This document shows, one piece after another, positions 28,062 to 38,039 of a stretch of 64,000 nucleotides of DNA. Below the pieces are notes generated by a model. The model saw only the letters and a program-made list of their open reading frames with translations. It had not been told where the DNA came from and made no database searches. Location of the stretch: the NCBI GenBank assembly GCA_049970055.1, contig JBMFNR010000001.1, forward strand, positions 480,001 to 544,000, given 5' to 3'. The position numbers and the translations under genes are program-made. Source of the DNA: Fervidobacterium sp. (GTDB lineage: Bacteria > Thermotogota > Thermotogae > Thermotogales > Fervidobacteriaceae). Each line of letters begins with the position of its first letter. Position 1 is the stretch's first letter.

Positions 28062-29909
28062 ATGAAATTGCTCGGCGATATTTTGATGCAGAGAGGTCCA
28101 TTTTCAGAAATAGTGATTGGGAACACGGCGATAGTTAGGGCAATGATTGAGAGTGGTGTGAAAGTTGTGACATCTTATCCCGGTTCTCCCACCCCTGAGA
28201 TAGCGGAAGCGATAAATTTAATACCTCAAGAAAAAAGGCCATTTTATTTTGAATTTTCAACCAACGAAAAAGTTGCACTCGAAGTAGCTTTCGGTGCTTC
28301 GATTAATGGATACACTTCGTGTGTGTTTTTCAAAAGTGTTGGTATGAATGTTGTGGCGGATTCTCTTGTGCAGCTCAGTATGATGGAGTTATCTAGTGGT
28401 ATGGTGATTGTAACGGGGGATGACCCTGGAGCGAATAGTTCACAAAATGAACAAGACAACAGGCACTACGCAAGACTTTCTTACACACCTGTATTTGAAC
28501 CTAAAGATGCCCAAGAAGTTTACGAAATGTTCTTGAAAGCTGTTGAATATTCAAGGATGTTAAAATCACCTGTTATTTTACGGTTGACAACACATACCGC
28601 TCATTTTAAGCAGAGAGTTAATTTTGGAGAGTATGTACCAAGTGAGATCGGTAAGCCTATGTTCGATGCAAGAAAGAACGGCCCGTATATCCCTATAGGA
28701 AGTAACGTCGCTTTGATGAAAAATAGGGCATTGCAAAAGCTTGAAATGTGGAAAGAAATTTCGGAAAAATTTGCGTATGTTAAGGGAAATAGTAACAGAA
28801 GAGGGATAATAACAGCAGGATTACCTTATCTTTCTTTGCTTGATGTGATTGACGGTGATAAGGTTGATATTTTAAGGCTTGGTATGGTTTACCCACTTCC
28901 AAGAAAGGCGATAGTGGATTTCTTAAAAGTGCATGAGGAAGTAAAAATCCTCGAAGAACTCGATGATTTTATAGAAAGTTATGTGAAAATGATAGCGTAC
29001 GAAGAGCAAATTAAAACGAAAATAACAGGAAAGATTGACATCGATGATTGGATAGGCGAGTACACACCCGAGAAAGTTTGGAATGTAATGAGAAAGGTTT
29101 GGCCAGATGTGGTTATTAAAACACCTCAAAGAATCGAAGGTATACGTGTAATCCAAAGGCCTCCGCAGTTGTGTCCTGGCTGTGGACATAGACCCGTGTT
29201 TTACATTTTGTCTAAAATGCTTTCTAAAGAAGATATCTCGGTTGCAGATATCGGCTGTCACACTTTGGGATTTTTAGAACCATATGAAGTTGGGCAAGTA
29301 CTCTTATCTATGGGGCATTCAACTGCAACAGCGTCGGGGTTGAGTTTATTCAATAAAACAAGAAAAATAGTAGCGTTCCTTGGAGATTCAACGTTCTTCC
29401 ATGCGGGTTTACCAGGGATAATAAATGCGATTTTTAACAATCATAATTTAACGCTCGTTGTTATGGAAAATGGTACGACGGCAATGACCGGCCATCAAGA
29501 TCATCCGGGCAAAAGGATAAAAATCAAAAATTTACTCGAAGCAATGGGCGTTAAGTATATCTGGGAAGTAGATACATACCAACAAGATAAGCTAGAAGAA
29601 ATTTTGAAACGAGCCCTAGATATGCCGGAATTCAATGTTGTTATAGCTAAGCACCCGTGCATGCTTAAATTTACAAGGGAGAGAAGAAGAAAAGGTATCG
29701 TGAAAGTACCACAGATGACAGTAACTAACAAATGTACACTTGCAAATGCCTGTATTACAAGGTTTGCTTGTCCTTCATTCCAAAGAGATGAAAATGGAAG
29801 AATATACGTTAATAAGGATCTGTGTATTGGTGATGGTTCGTGTATTAGTGTTTGTCCTTCTGGTGCTTTGGAATTTGAAAAGATTGAAAGTGTAGGTGAT
29901 AAACAATGA
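28062..29909 (+). CDS. iorA: indolepyruvate:ferredoxin oxidoreductase alpha subunit
   Basis: YPGSP, NEKVALE, DDPGANSSQNEQD, LCPGCGHR, GDSTFFH, C-terminal ferredoxin Cys motifs. Confidence 0.9.
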   Translation: MKLLGDILMQRGPFSEIVIGNTAIVRAMIESGVKVVTSYPGSPTPEIAEAINLIPQEKRPFYFEFSTNEKVALEVAFGASINGYTSCVFFKSVGMNVVADSLVQLSMMELSSGMVIVTGDDPGANSSQNEQDNRHYARLSYTPVFEPKDAQEVYEMFLKAVEYSRMLKSPVILRLTTHTAHFKQRVNFGEYVPSEIGKPMFDARKNGPYIPIGSNVALMKNRALQKLEMWKEISEKFAYVKGNSNRRGIITAGLPYLSLLDVIDGDKVDILRLGMVYPLPRKAIVDFLKVHEEVKILEELDDFIESYVKMIAYEEQIKTKITGKIDIDDWIGEYTPEKVWNVMRKVWPDVVIKTPQRIEGIRVIQRPPQLCPGCGHRPVFYILSKMLSKEDISVADIGCHTLGFLEPYEVGQVLLSMGHSTATASGLSLFNKTRKIVAFLGDSTFFHAGLPGIINAIFNNHNLTLVVMENGTTAMTGHQDHPGKRIKIKNLLEAMGVKYIWEVDTYQQDKLEEILKRALDMPEFNVVIAKHPCMLKFTRERRRKGIVKVPQMTVTNKCTLANACITRFACPSFQRDENGRIYVNKDLCIGDGSCISVCPSGALEFEKIESVGDKQ

Positions 29910-30475
29910 AAACTTTCAGCATATTTTTGATAGGAGTGGGTGGACAAGGCATCGGAACACTCAGTGAAATACTTATAAGAGCGATTGATTACAGCGGTCA
30001 AAAGTGCGTGGGAGTTGATACACATGGTCTTGCTCAGCGAGGTGGAGTCGTTTCATCGCATCTAAAGATTGGGCAAGCTAATTCTCCATTGGTGGTTCCT
30101 GGTGAAGTCGATCTTGTCATCGCACTTGAAAGGCACGAAGCTGCCCGTGGCTTAACATATCTGAAACCACAAGGTACTTTGGTTTATTACGATACGTCCT
30201 GGCAACCATTACCTGTTAGATTAGGTAGAGAAAATGAGATCAGAAGGGAAGAGATTGAGAATTTGGCCAAAATTAATGGAATTACGGTTTACAGAGTATT
30301 TTACGAACTGCCGGATACAAGAATGCAGAATATTGTGGTGCTCGGTACTATAGCAAAGAACAATCTAATTCCAGGGGTTGAAAAGCAGCATTATCTTCAA
30401 GCAATGAAGGATTTAATGAACGAAAAAGTTTATTCAGCTAACAGTGAATTGTTTGAAAAAGTTGGAGGTGCCTAA
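29906..30475 (+). CDS. iorB: indolepyruvate:ferredoxin oxidoreductase beta subunit
   Basis: GVGGQG, HGLAQRGG; directly follows iorA. Confidence 0.88.
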   Translation: MKTFSIFLIGVGGQGIGTLSEILIRAIDYSGQKCVGVDTHGLAQRGGVVSSHLKIGQANSPLVVPGEVDLVIALERHEAARGLTYLKPQGTLVYYDTSWQPLPVRLGRENEIRREEIENLAKINGITVYRVFYELPDTRMQNIVVLGTIAKNNLIPGVEKQHYLQAMKDLMNEKVYSANSELFEKVGGA

Positions 30476-30476
30476 T

Positions 30477-32174
30477 ATGGAATTCAGAAAGCCGGATGAT
30501 GAAATTTCTATCGTACTTAGTGGGGCTGCCGGACAAGGGATACAGGCAGTGGAACATATTCTAACACGGGTAGCAAAAGATTCGGGTTTTTACATATTTG
30601 CTACAAAGGAATACATGTCGAGAGTAAGGGGAGGTAATAACTCGACAGAGCTTAGAATAGCCGAAAAACCAGTTTATGCTTATGTGGATAGGATAGATAT
30701 ACTTATTCTTCTTAACGATAATGCTCTTGATAGGTTGAGAAAAAGAATTTCACCACATACGATTATACTGGGTGAACCAAGATATGTGGAAAAAGAACCA
30801 AATTCAATTGGTATCAGGTTTGAAGAAATTGCTGAAAGTTTTGGGAATAAGATTTACGAGAATTCTGTAGCAATAGGTGTTTTGTCTGGAATTATTGGAG
30901 CCGACGAAGATGCACTTGTAAAGAATATTGCTCAGTATTTCAGCAAGAAATCACAAGAGATAGTTAACGCTAACATAAACGCAGCGTTCAAAGGATACGA
31001 GATTGGTAAGACCCTTGGACTCAAATTCGAGATAAAACCAAATGAACACGTGAAGTCTCAGGTTCTTATGAACGGTTCGGAAGCTGTTGCAAAAGGTGCT
31101 ATCGCAGGCGGTTGTAATTTCATTTCTTCATATCCTATGTCACCAGCTACTACTGTATTTACTGAGCTTTCGAGGCTCGCTTCACAATACGGTATTTTGG
31201 TTGATCAGGCGGAAGATGAAATCGCTGCAGCTAATATGGCGATAGCCGCCTGGTATGCTGGCGCACGAGCTATGGTTTCTACGTCCGGTGGAGGATTTGC
31301 ACTGATGACAGAAGCGATAAGTCTTTCGGGAATGATAGAAACTCCTATTGTTGTGCATTTGGGTCAAAGACCAGGACCTGCAACAGGCCTTCCAACAAGA
31401 ACAGAACAAGGCGATTTGAATTTGGTGCTTTATGCTGGTCACGGGGAATTTCCGAGGATTATATACGCACCCGGTAATCTCTGTGAGGCTTACGAACTTT
31501 CAGCAAAGGCCTTCAATGTTGCAGATAAGTATCAGATACCCGTCTTTGTACTTACTGACCAATATTTCCTAGACTCATTCTACAATGTAGATGAAATGCC
31601 GAAGGTAAATGCTGAAAGGTATATTGTAAAAACGGATGAAGCTTATAGAAGGTATGAATTAACAGAAGATGGAATTTCACCAAGGGGCATACCTGGATAC
31701 GGTAGGGGTCTTGTAAGAGTTGATAGTGATGAGCATGACGAATACGGTCATATCACAGAAAGTGAAGAAGTAAGGATGAAAATGGTTGAAAAACGCTTAA
31801 GGAAATCTAACAAGATTCTTGAAGATTTTGTTGAACCTAAGTTGTTTGGAAGCGAGAATTATGATTACTTGGTTGTATGTTGGGGTTCGACACAGCAGGT
31901 TGTGAAAGAAGCAATTGATCATATGAAAAATGAAAAAGTCGCGCTCTTACACTTTTCACAAGTCTACCCAATAGCACCACATGTCAAGAAGTATTTTGAC
32001 CAAGCAAAGAAGGTGATATTTGTGGAACAGAATGCAACAGGCCAATTTGCAAATCTTTTGAAATTGGAATTTGGAGTCGATACATCGAGGCGAATATTGA
32101 AGTACAGTGGATATGTATTTTCAGTTGAGGAGTTAGTTTCCAGATTGAAGCGGGAGGTTGATTCACATGTTTGA
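30477..32174 (+). CDS. 2-oxoacid:acceptor oxidoreductase alpha subunit (gamma-alpha fusion)
   Basis: [35 protein letters not shown]. Confidence 0.9.
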   Translation: MEFRKPDDEISIVLSGAAGQGIQAVEHILTRVAKDSGFYIFATKEYMSRVRGGNNSTELRIAEKPVYAYVDRIDILILLNDNALDRLRKRISPHTIILGEPRYVEKEPNSIGIRFEEIAESFGNKIYENSVAIGVLSGIIGADEDALVKNIAQYFSKKSQEIVNANINAAFKGYEIGKTLGLKFEIKPNEHVKSQVLMNGSEAVAKGAIAGGCNFISSYPMSPATTVFTELSRLASQYGILVDQAEDEIAAANMAIAAWYAGARAMVSTSGGGFALMTEAISLSGMIETPIVVHLGQRPGPATGLPTRTEQGDLNLVLYAGHGEFPRIIYAPGNLCEAYELSAKAFNVADKYQIPVFVLTDQYFLDSFYNVDEMPKVNAERYIVKTDEAYRRYELTEDGISPRGIPGYGRGLVRVDSDEHDEYGHITESEEVRMKMVEKRLRKSNKILEDFVEPKLFGSENYDYLVVCWGSTQQVVKEAIDHMKNEKVALLHFSQVYPIAPHVKKYFDQAKKVIFVEQNATGQFANLLKLEFGVDTSRRILKYSGYVFSVEELVSRLKREVDSHV

Positions 32175-32997
32175 AACAAAAATCTACGATATTCCTGATG
32201 CTGATATTGCGTGGTGCCCAGGTTGCGGGAATTTCGGTATTATCAATGAACTTAAAACAGCTCTTGCACAACTTGAATTGGAACCACAAAAAGTTGTTGT
32301 TGTTTCAGGTATCGGTCAAGCTGCAAAGATGCCGCAATACGTTAGAGCTCATATGTTTAACGGTTTGCATGGAAGGTCACTTCCAGCAGCTGTTGCTATA
32401 AAGATGGTCAATCCTGAATTGATAGTTATCGCTGAAAGTGGTGATGGTTGTACATACGGAGAGGGTGGAAACCATTTTATTCATACCATAAGGAAAAATC
32501 CCAATATAACGAATATTGTGCACGATAATCAAATTTACGGGTTAACAAAAGGTCAGGCGTCACCAACAACGGCACGTGGACAAGTAACAACTTTACAATT
32601 TGAAGGTACATACGTAGATCCATTCAATCCTATAGCTGTTGCTGTTGCACTTGATGCTTCTTTTGTTGCCAGGAGTTTTTCTGGAAACTTTGGGTTAACC
32701 GTTGAGTTAATAAAAATGGCGATACAGCATAAAGGTTATGCGCTTGTCGATATTCTCCAACCATGTGTAACATTCAATAAAGTAAATACTTACCAATGGT
32801 ACAAAGAGCACACGTATTTGTTACCAGATAGTTACGATCCAACAGATAGGCAAGCCGCATTTAAGGTAGCAACGGATGTTGGGAAATTAGCACTTGGTGT
32901 CATATACAAAAATCCGAATAAACCTGTTTTTGAAGAGCAGCTTCCACCTTACAAACAAGATAAAACACCTGTTGCATACAGGGGGTTAGACTTATGA
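32167..32997 (+). CDS. 2-oxoacid:ferredoxin oxidoreductase beta subunit
   Basis: [31 protein letters not shown]. Confidence 0.9.
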   Translation: MFETKIYDIPDADIAWCPGCGNFGIINELKTALAQLELEPQKVVVVSGIGQAAKMPQYVRAHMFNGLHGRSLPAAVAIKMVNPELIVIAESGDGCTYGEGGNHFIHTIRKNPNITNIVHDNQIYGLTKGQASPTTARGQVTTLQFEGTYVDPFNPIAVAVALDASFVARSFSGNFGLTVELIKMAIQHKGYALVDILQPCVTFNKVNTYQWYKEHTYLLPDSYDPTDRQAAFKVATDVGKLALGVIYKNPNKPVFEEQLPPYKQDKTPVAYRGLDL

Positions 32998-33977
32998 GCA
33001 TTATATCAAGTAACTACAAACTAATACCAGAATTTGTTTTAAAAGATGAGGAAGGGAACGAATTTACCTGGCAAAATTTGCTAGGTAAATATGCTGTTGT
33101 ATATTTTTATCCAAAGGCAAATACTCCGGGATGTACGATGGAAGGTATTGACTTTTCACGATTGATTGATGAATTTGAAGGTAACGTTATTGGTATTTCA
33201 CCTGATAGCTGTAACGCAATTTCCAGTTTTAAGTCTAAAAGGGGTTTAAAAGTTAAGTTGTTATCAGATCCAGATAAAATTGTGGCTGAAAAGTTTGGTG
33301 TTGTGAAAGATGGAAAGTTAATACGTTCTACGTTCATCGTTGACCCATGGGGTAGGATAAGGCATGAGTGGATAAAGGTCAATGTTCAGGGGCATGCGCA
33401 GGAAGTTTTAGAAGTGTATCGAGAAATAAAGGATAAAGATAAGTTGATATCCGATAACATACAAGTGAGAAGGGCGTTCAGGGGTATCAGATCAGAGCCA
33501 ATTATTGATGAGGATTTGAGAAAATTAATTCAAGCGGCACATCTTGCACCATCTTGTATGAACAGACAGCCTTGGAGGTTTATCGTTGTAAAAAGCAAGG
33601 AAAAACTTAAACAATTACACGAAACATTGAGCGATGGAAATTATTGGATGAAAAAAGCACCAGCACTTATAATTGTCTATACGAGGAATGATCTAGGCTG
33701 TCAATTAAGTGATGAAAGAAATTACGCAATTTTTGATACTGGTACTGCTGTTGGTCTGATGCTTACGCAAGCAACTCAAATGGGATTAGTCGCACACCCG
33801 GTTGCCGGATATGATCCGTTGAAAGTTAAACAAATATTCGACATAGATGGAATAGTGTTGACAATAATCGCAATTGGATATTGGGGCAATTTTGAGCTAC
33901 TTAATGAAAAACACAAAGGACTAGAAAATGGTGAAAGAATTAGACTACCAATTGATGAAGTTGTAAAATTTGAATAA
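32994..33977 (+). CDS. peroxiredoxin (BCP)-nitroreductase fusion
   Basis: [10 protein letters not shown] peroxidatic motif; RRAFR and [12 protein letters not shown] nitroreductase motifs. Confidence 0.9.
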   Translation: MSIISSNYKLIPEFVLKDEEGNEFTWQNLLGKYAVVYFYPKANTPGCTMEGIDFSRLIDEFEGNVIGISPDSCNAISSFKSKRGLKVKLLSDPDKIVAEKFGVVKDGKLIRSTFIVDPWGRIRHEWIKVNVQGHAQEVLEVYREIKDKDKLISDNIQVRRAFRGIRSEPIIDEDLRKLIQAAHLAPSCMNRQPWRFIVVKSKEKLKQLHETLSDGNYWMKKAPALIIVYTRNDLGCQLSDERNYAIFDTGTAVGLMLTQATQMGLVAHPVAGYDPLKVKQIFDIDGIVLTIIAIGYWGNFELLNEKHKGLENGERIRLPIDEVVKFE

Positions 33978-34041
33978 AATTGCCTAAGATCACCCTCCAC
34001 TCACTCTGCAACTTTCCAAAAAATTAATATCATAACTTTAT

Positions 34042-34065
34042 GCCACCAAAAATGGTGGCTTTTTT
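34042..34065 (+). terminator. intrinsic terminator
   Basis: GCCACCA-AAAA-TGGTGGC-TTTTTT. Confidence 0.7.
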
Positions 34066-34297
34066 AGTCTCTGTAAACGGTAACAAGGTAAAATTCTTTG
34101 CCGTTCCATCTTACGATTGCTGTTAAAGTACCGTCAGTTAATTTTATGTTCCCATTTTTTAGAAATGTCACCTGGGTGTTTTTGGATTCCAACAGGTTTT
34201 TTAGTTCGTCTATTGAGATTTTCCTTTCGACCATTCTTTCAAAAGAATGAGGAGTTAAAAGCAAGTTTTTGTTTAGTAATTCAATATGCAAAACCAT
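34064..34297 (-). CDS. small DUF4258-like protein
   Basis: TPHSFERMVERKIS...LVTVY pattern; RBS GGAGG before ATG 34297. Confidence 0.65.
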   Translation of the reverse strand: MVLHIELLNKNLLLTPHSFERMVERKISIDELKNLLESKNTQVTFLKNGNIKLTDGTLTAIVRWNGKEFYLVTVYRD

Positions 34298-34389
34298 TTT
34301 CAGACCTCCCCGTAGATAAAAAACTTTAGGTAAAAGAAAAACAAAATGGTATAATATAAAATAAATTTCACCATATCGGGAGGGCAAAA

Positions 34390-35976
34390 ATGAGATTTAA
34401 GGAAAAAATCTCCAAGTTAGCTACTACGATACGTTTCTTACTTCCGTACTATTTTATCGCATTTGTGGGTTTTTTTGTTCTCGTTATGCTATTTCGATTT
34501 TCAGTATCTCCGCATGGGTATACTATAACTGAATGGAATATGAGAAGAAAAGCTTCCGATACTTTAAGTGTAACTCAGGTGAATGTTCCGTACTATGAGA
34601 TCTTGAAAAAACCTGAAACAGTGATTTTCTATGCAAAACTGAACAAAAAATTCATTGAGGAAAACTATTATCTTTACTTACCTCAAATAGATAGCTCTTA
34701 TCTGGCGGTTTATTCAAACAACAGATTAGTCGGAAGCTATGGTTTTTCAAAAGCGCGTACTGGCCATTTTTGGTACCAACCTTTTATTTTTCAGCTCCCG
34801 AAAGATACCGAAGAAATAACTTTGGAAATTTCTGGTGTGTATGAGGTTGGTATAGATTTTCCACCTACCTTAATTGGCGAAAGTCAAAAGTATAAATATA
34901 TGATATTATATTTACTAACGAATGTTTTTCTACTCGTGAGTAGCGGGCTTGCACTAACATTGTCGTTAATTTTATATATGATATCAAAAAATCTAACTGA
35001 CAAGAAACGTAGCGTTTATCTCCATTTTAGTATGGCAAGCTTTCTAGGCGCTTTGTGGCTCTTTGACCTTATACCTTTTCCAGATATGGGAGGAATATTA
35101 GCGATTCTTATTCTCAGAAAGATTTTTGTTGCTTCCGCATATCTTGGCTTAGCATCTTTGATATATGGACTTTCAAGACAGTATTTTGACAATATTTCGA
35201 TTTTCTCAAAAGTGTTAATACTCTTAGATATTCTGGCAGCTGGTATATTGTTTCTTGCTCCAAACCATTACCATATGAAAGTTTTTTCGAATAACGTGGC
35301 ATTCTTACTTTTATTTAATGCGGTATATATTGTTGTAAAGATTTCCGAAACCTATTCGCCTACACATGTAGCTTTTTCATTCTTCTTTGCTCTCACGGTC
35401 ATTCATGACGGAGTTGCAATGTTTCTATCAACAAATCAAAAGTTGATATCAATGTACGGAATTATAGCACTCTTTGCTGGCTTTTCGTACAGCCTGGTAA
35501 ACGAGTACAAAGATATGATTGTTGGTATGTCATTAGCTTACATGAAAAGTATAACAGATCCATTGACTGGAGCGTTCAACAGGGGCGCACTATCGGAAAT
35601 TAACCTTTCCCACAACGACGCACTTGTTTATATAGATATGAACAAATTCAAACAGATCAACGATAAATATGGTCACAAAGTTGGCGACGAAATATTAAAA
35701 ATACTTGTAAACACAATTAGATCCACTATAAGAAAATCAGATTTAATAATTCGCATGGGCGGTGATGAGTTCTTAGTTATTCTGAAAGAATGTTCTGTGG
35801 AGAAAGCAAGAGAAATAATAGAGAACGCAAGACAAGGATTTAACAAATCTCATGAGTTAAGGCCCGATTTTTCGTACGGCGTAGTTGCGTACCTTTCTGA
35901 CCTTCAAAATTCATTACATGAGGTTGATAAATTGATGTACAAAATGAAGGAAAAAGAAGTAAAAGAAGGAAAATAA
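34390..35976 (+). CDS. membrane-bound diguanylate cyclase (periplasmic domain, multi-TM, GGDEF)
   Basis: DPLTGAFNR, FKQINDKYGHKVGD, RKSD I-site, GGDEF. Confidence 0.9.
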   Translation: MRFKEKISKLATTIRFLLPYYFIAFVGFFVLVMLFRFSVSPHGYTITEWNMRRKASDTLSVTQVNVPYYEILKKPETVIFYAKLNKKFIEENYYLYLPQIDSSYLAVYSNNRLVGSYGFSKARTGHFWYQPFIFQLPKDTEEITLEISGVYEVGIDFPPTLIGESQKYKYMILYLLTNVFLLVSSGLALTLSLILYMISKNLTDKKRSVYLHFSMASFLGALWLFDLIPFPDMGGILAILILRKIFVASAYLGLASLIYGLSRQYFDNISIFSKVLILLDILAAGILFLAPNHYHMKVFSNNVAFLLLFNAVYIVVKISETYSPTHVAFSFFFALTVIHDGVAMFLSTNQKLISMYGIIALFAGFSYSLVNEYKDMIVGMSLAYMKSITDPLTGAFNRGALSEINLSHNDALVYIDMNKFKQINDKYGHKVGDEILKILVNTIRSTIRKSDLIIRMGGDEFLVILKECSVEKAREIIENARQGFNKSHELRPDFSYGVVAYLSDLQNSLHEVDKLMYKMKEKEVKEGK

Positions 35977-35985
35977 AAATTCCTA

Positions 35986-36015
35986 TTGACAAAATGGCTA
36001 AATATTTTGTATAAT
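35986..36015 (+). promoter_or_regulatory. sigma70 promoter of the lysine operon leader
   Basis: Consensus TTGACA-N18-TATAAT. Confidence 0.8.
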
Positions 36016-36087
36016 AGCCACAAAACACGGAAATCAAACTAACGAAGAGTTTAGAACGTTTAGCAAGCAATTATCGAGGGGAATTAA

Positions 36088-36210
36088 ATGAAGGTTGTGA
36101 GCTTTTCAATCTTGGATTCTATTTTCAGCGAATATATTAACAAGATGAATAAAAAAGCTAAACGCAGCTGCCCGCTGGATGGTGGTCAGCTTGTGTTTGG
36201 CATGGGTTAA
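36088..36210 (+). CDS. putative Lys-rich leader peptide (40 aa) MKVVSFSILDSIFSEYINKMNKKAKRSCPLDGGQLVFGMG
   Basis: GAGGGG RBS 36076-36081, ATG 36088, TAA 36208-36210; Lys codons at positions 2, 19, 22, 23 and 25; too short for the supplied ORF track. Confidence 0.78.
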   Translation: MKVVSFSILDSIFSEYINKMNKKAKRSCPLDGGQLVFGMG

Positions 36211-36270
36211 ATAAACGCAAGTGAATCACCAAAAAGCGGGCTACAGGGAAAAACTGTAGCCCGCTTTTTT
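36157..36270 (+). promoter_or_regulatory. transcription attenuator: protector 36157-36201, antiterminator 36170-36241, terminator 36231-36270
   Basis: Three overlapping, mutually exclusive stems read by hand; see findings. Confidence 0.78.
36231..36270 (+). terminator. intrinsic terminator inside the operon leader
   Basis: GCGGGCTACAG-GGAAAAA-CTGTAGCCCGC-TTTTTT, lying between the promoter and asd. Confidence 0.9.
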
Positions 36271-36301
36271 ATTACTAAAGCTTGAGAAGGAGGTAGCGAA
36301 G

Positions 36302-37294
36302 ATGTTGAAGGTGGGTATTGTTGGTGTAACAGGTGCAGTGGGACGGAACATGCTGGAAGTACTTGAAAATTCCAAACTCGATTTTTCTCAGGTAAGGTTA
36401 TTTGCTTCTGAACGTTCTGCAGGACGAAAGTTAAAATTTAGAGGTGTGGATTTACCAGTAGAACTTTTAACTGAAGAAGCGATGAAGGAGGGTTTTGATT
36501 ATTTACTTTTTTCCGCAGGTTCTGAAGTATCAAAAAAATTTGTACCCATCGCTGCAAAGGCTGAAAGTGTGGTAATTGATAATTCTTCAGTCTTCAGAAT
36601 GGTACCGCAGGTTCCACTCGTTGTTCCAGAGGTCAACGGACATCTGCTAAAAGATTATAGGGGAATAGTTGCGAATCCTAATTGTTCCACTATTCAAATG
36701 GTTCTTGCACTTTACAGGGTTCACGACAGATACCATCTTCACGAAATATTTGTTTCGACATATCAAGCTGTTTCGGGTGCAGGTTACAAAGCTATTCAAG
36801 AGTACGAAAATCAGCTCGCTGGCAGTTCAGAACGCAAAGTCTTTGCCAGGCAGATAGCGCATAATGTTATACCACTAATCGGTGATATAACAGATGATAT
36901 TACACAAGAGGAATGGAAAATGATAAACGAGACAAGAAAAATCCTAAATTCAAGATCGCTCAACGTATTTCCCACAACTGTAAGGGTACCTGTTAGGATT
37001 GGGCATTCGGAAAGTGTTGTTGCAAGAACACTCTTTCCAATAATGTCGAAAGAAGACCTTATTGAAACTATTGAAAGTTCAGAAGATGTCATTTTGCACG
37101 AAGATATCATCACACCGATAGAAGTAGAGAAAGATGATTATGTGCATGTGAGTAGGGTGAGACTCTTTGATGCTCACACATTTGGGATCTGGGTGGTTGC
37201 TGACAATTTACGTATTGGTGCGGCAACGAATGCGGTGAGGATTTTAGAAAAACATTTGCAGCTAAACAATTCGATAGTCCCTTCAAACAGGTGA
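36302..37294 (+). CDS. asd: aspartate-semialdehyde dehydrogenase
   Basis: GVTGAVG, VIDNSS, ANPNCST, YQAVSGAG, RVPV..GHSE, DNLRIGAATNA. Confidence 0.96.
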   Translation: MLKVGIVGVTGAVGRNMLEVLENSKLDFSQVRLFASERSAGRKLKFRGVDLPVELLTEEAMKEGFDYLLFSAGSEVSKKFVPIAAKAESVVIDNSSVFRMVPQVPLVVPEVNGHLLKDYRGIVANPNCSTIQMVLALYRVHDRYHLHEIFVSTYQAVSGAGYKAIQEYENQLAGSSERKVFARQIAHNVIPLIGDITDDITQEEWKMINETRKILNSRSLNVFPTTVRVPVRIGHSESVVARTLFPIMSKEDLIETIESSEDVILHEDIITPIEVEKDDYVHVSRVRLFDAHTFGIWVVADNLRIGAATNAVRILEKHLQLNNSIVPSNR

Positions 37295-37298
37295 TCGT

Positions 37299-38039
37299 AT
37301 GAGAAGAATAATAGAAAGAATAGAAAAGTACAACGCAACAGGGAATACGTTCATCGTTGTCGATTGCGCTTACAATGTAGTGAGTGACGAAGAAAAAAGG
37401 GAGATCGTGCTTAAGAATTGTGAAAACAGAGACGGGGCGTTATTTGTTGAAAAAAGGCAAGGAATGTTTCACATGGATTATTTCAATAGGGATGGTAAAA
37501 GAGCAAGCTTTTGTGGCAACGGATTTAGGACTTTTGCCGCGTATCTAAGGGATTTTTACGGTATATTAGGTGAGGTTCAGATATCAACAAATGCTGGGGT
37601 ACTGAAGGCTATAATTGACTCAACTATTAATGCTCAGATGCCTCATACAAAATACGTTAGAGAGGTGTTCTTTGAGAATTTTCATGGAGTACTTATGGAA
37701 ACAGGAGTGCCACATCTTGTTTTTAATGTGGACGATGTTGAGAGAGTTGAGATGGACAAAATAGCACCCAAGTTACGTTGGCAATATGATACTAATGTTG
37801 ATTTCTTCGAGGTTTTAGGTGAAAGAAGCCTCAAGGTAAGAACCTACGAGAGAGGTGTCGAAGCGGAAACGTTATCGTGCGGTTCTGGCATCACAACGGT
37901 GGCATATTTTTACAAATACTATACTCTGAAAGATCCCATTCTACCGGACAAGATAAACATTACAGCACGTGGTGGAAATTTAAGTGTGTTTTTCACTCCA
38001 AACGAAATATACCTCGAGGGGGATGTTGTGCATGAGTGA
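37299..38039 (+). CDS. dapF: diaminopimelate epimerase
   Basis: GNTF, FCGNG, GVPH, YERGVEAETLSCGSG. Confidence 0.9.
   Translation: MRRIIERIEKYNATGNTFIVVDCAYNVVSDEEKREIVLKNCENRDGALFVEKRQGMFHMDYFNRDGKRASFCGNGFRTFAAYLRDFYGILGEVQISTNAGVLKAIIDSTINAQMPHTKYVREVFFENFHGVLMETGVPHLVFNVDDVERVEMDKIAPKLRWQYDTNVDFFEVLGERSLKVRTYERGVEAETLSCGSGITTVAYFYKYYTLKDPILPDKINITARGGNLSVFFTPNEIYLEGDVVHE

Noticed and set aside
35840..36070. 76-aa minus-strand ORF over the lysine operon promoter
   Set aside because: Antisense to the GGDEF gene end and promoter; no RBS or motif support
36020..36300. Lysine riboswitch or T-box upstream of asd
   Set aside because: I could not find the conserved AGAGGyGC/five-way-junction pattern or a TGGTACC-type T-box. 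The leader is instead explained by an ORF plus attenuator stems. An Rfam search is still needed.
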